63,743 bases of DNA, taken from positions 1-63,743 of IMG/VR virus record IMGVR_UViG_3300050014_000315. One strand, written 5' to 3'. Under the pieces are notes generated by a model, which had not been told where the DNA came from, did not search any database, and was given only the letters and a program-made list of their open reading frames with translations. The DNA is from a virus (lineage: Duplodnaviria; Caudoviricetes). Below, piece by piece: positions 61,942-63,743 of this stretch. How positions within the stretch are numbered: the stretch's first letter is position 1; every line of letters begins with the position of its first letter. The position numbers and the translations under genes are program-made.

Positions 61942-63743
61942 CTAATGGATTCTAACCCGTGGTGGCATTACGCCATTGTGGGATTTTCTGATCGATTCAA
62001 AGATTGCGCCACGTTCTTTCGCACCGCGCGGCTTCATCATCGGATGGAGGCGAACCGGGGAAGGCATAGGCGCTTGTGCCATGCGGGGAGAGCCTATATG
62101 GATGGGCGGCGGCGCTCCGATGGGCACGATGGCTTCGGGGCCGGCCTCTCCTACCGTGGCGACGGTTGGTCGGCGGATGATGCCGCCTCGGGCGAGTTTG
62201 GGCGGATAGTTTTGAAGCTCATCTTGCGTCCATGGTTGTCCGGTAGCGGGGTTGATGTTGGCGCTTTCTTCCGTTTTCCCTGCCATACCTGCGGTGTTGA
62301 ATACCCGAGAAGTGATCGGAGACGTGAATGCGTTCCCGGTCCCGTATGCTCCGCGCGCCGCTGCGATTCTTACACTAGGGGAAGATAGTGCTTCCTGCGC
62401 TCCGAGCACTGCGGCTGCGCCCGCTGGTCCACCAGTCATCCCTCCAGCCAAAGTTGCCGCCATTGCGCCAGTGGGTCGGGTTGCCCGATTGATTGTGTCC
62501 TGGATAATCCCCGCTTTTTCGCTTGTCCGCTGTGCCGCATCCCGAACAGGAGTAAGGCTCTGAATTTGCTGGTTTATGGGTTGCGCGCCAGGGACCGCAC
62601 GGTTGAATTCAGCGGACATCTCATGGTATGCGCGATTCCCCAGCTTTCGCGCGCTGTCCTTCAGCGGAACGGCTGCGTCGAATCGGGTGAAGTCGTCTCC
62701 AAATTGGCGCTTCATCCCCAAATAATCCATAGGTTTCTGGAAGTTTGAAATTACGGGAGCGGGTGGCGTCCCAGGGACAACGGTGGGGGTTGGCGGAGGC
62801 GCTCCAATAATTGGAGAAGGAGGCGGGGTGCTGTAGGTGATTGGAGTTCGCGATCCAGTTGGGTATTCCGTTGTTCCTGTGAACCCAGGTCGCGGGGTGT
62901 TCAACTGCGTCCGCATCGGGGTTAGGTCGTCTACCAACCCATTGGCGGCCTGTACTCCAGAAATTCCCGAATCGACCGCGTTGCGCGCAGGCGTAAGCGA
63001 TGGGGTGCTGCCTGCGTTCTGCGCTGCCATGGCCCGCGCCTCCAGTTCGGTATTCAGCTCTCCTAGTTTTTTGGCGGAACTCGCCTTTATCGCTTCCGGC
63101 GTAAGCCCCGATGTCAGTTCCAGAGCAGCCTTTGCCGGGGTGGCTCCATATCGCTCCGTTTTCCCCGGTAGCCCCAGCGCACTTTTGATGAGCCCCTTCC
63201 CCGTGGCCTTGATGCCATATCCAAGTGGCTTGGTGACGAGATTTAGTGGGTTAGTGAGGTCGCTGGTGGCTCCAGCAAACTCTGCTGCCCGCGTAGCGCC
63301 CGACGCCACACGTGGAAGACTGGCGAAGTCTGCCGTTGCTGCCGTTCCGCGAGCGAGGCCACCGAAACCGCTAGCAATGGCCGATACATCCGCTACAACA
63401 CCCACCGGATCGGTGCGCAGCGTCTCTGCAAATGCTTGCGGGCTTCCATAACGCTGCTTAAGGGCATCCCACATGGAGTCAAGTTGTTGCGCGGCGTCAT
63501 GCTCTCCAGTGCCAGGAGTTCCAACCGGAATCCCTGCCTTTTCCGCCAATCCCACGGGTATCGATCCAATGGACCGAAGAGTATCAAGGGGATGTTCAAA
63601 AGCAGTTGCGACATTCTCGATTAACCGAGCACTGCTACCTGGAATATTGGAAAGCATGTCCTCGGTATAGCCGAGAACTCTCTGCCCTCCACTGACGCGC
63701 TGGGGCGCAAAGCCAAGTACCTTATTCTGCTCATCGGGATGAA
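61942..63743 (-). CDS. Putative ejection protein (start at window position 285 across the origin) with ARGG/GEAGPE module
   Basis: KQRYGS..TDPVGVVADVS; LARGGIIRRPTVATVGEAGPEAIVPI. Confidence 0.75.
   Translation of the reverse strand, partial: HPDEQNKVLGFAPQRVSGGQRVLGYTEDMLSNIPGSSARLIENVATAFEHPLDTLRSIGSIPVGLAEKAGIPVGTPGTGEHDAAQQLDSMWDALKQRYGSPQAFAETLRTDPVGVVADVSAIASGFGGLARGTAATADFASLPRVASGATRAAEFAGATSDLTNPLNLVTKPLGYGIKATGKGLIKSALGLPGKTERYGATPAKAALELTSGLTPEAIKASSAKKLGELNTELEARAMAAQNAGSTPSLTPARNAVDSGISGVQAANGLVDDLTPMRTQLNTPRPGFTGTTEYPTGSRTPITYSTPPPSPIIGAPPPTPTVVPGTPPAPVISNFQKPMDYLGMKRQFGDDFTRFDAAVPLKDSARKLGNRAYHEMSAEFNRAVPGAQPINQQIQSLTPVRDAAQRTSEKAGIIQDTINRATRPTGAMAATLAGGMTGGPAGAAAVLGAQEALSSPSVRIAAARGAYGTGNAFTSPITSRVFNTAGMAGKTEESANINPATGQPWTQDELQNYPPKLARGGIIRRPTVATVGEAGPEAIVPIGAPPPIHIGSPRMAQAPMPSPVRLHPMMKPRGAKERGAIFESIRKSHNGVMPPRVRIH
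63562..63743. repeat. Terminal direct repeat, right copy
   Basis: Matches 1-182 with one mismatch. Confidence 0.97.

Noticed and set aside
1-63743. tRNA/rRNA genes, tyrosine integrase, CI repressor, alternative genetic code
   Set aside because: No cloverleaf or matching motifs seen by eye; genes are intact under the standard code. tRNAscan and HMM searches would be needed to exclude divergent cases

Overview
The window is an apparently complete ~63.56 kb circular(ly permuted) tailed-phage genome: bases 63562-63743 repeat 1-182 with one mismatch. The architecture is podovirus-like, with no tape-measure or sheath gene. A minus-strand late operon runs terL, portal, scaffold, capsid, adaptor, nozzle, collagen fibre and several ejection proteins, then crosses the origin into fibre/adhesin-like proteins and a holin region. 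A minus-strand replication/recombination arm encodes ERF, Gp157-like, NinB-like, RuvC-like, an initiator and an intein-split DnaB. Several plus-strand accessory cassettes lie between these arms. An Acidobacteria-like host is a tentative inference. Main observations: (1) a nested pair of ISL3-type cargo elements, in which a 1.73 kb non-autonomous element carrying a DNA methyltransferase, flanked by an 8-bp TSD, splits the transposase gene of a larger cargo element while preserving translational coupling; (2) a run of late, fibre-like proteins with Sec signal peptides, next to a lysis region with no recognisable endolysin; (3) one tape-measure-type AxGG-PT-(G/A)ExGPE module at the C-termini of four separate ejection-region proteins, with an MxY(R/K) basic tail on three of them; (4) a complete type I hammerhead ribozyme between two early genes; (5) several leaderless sigma70 promoters and a sigma54-type promoter. 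All functional calls come from motif recognition by eye; no database searches were run.
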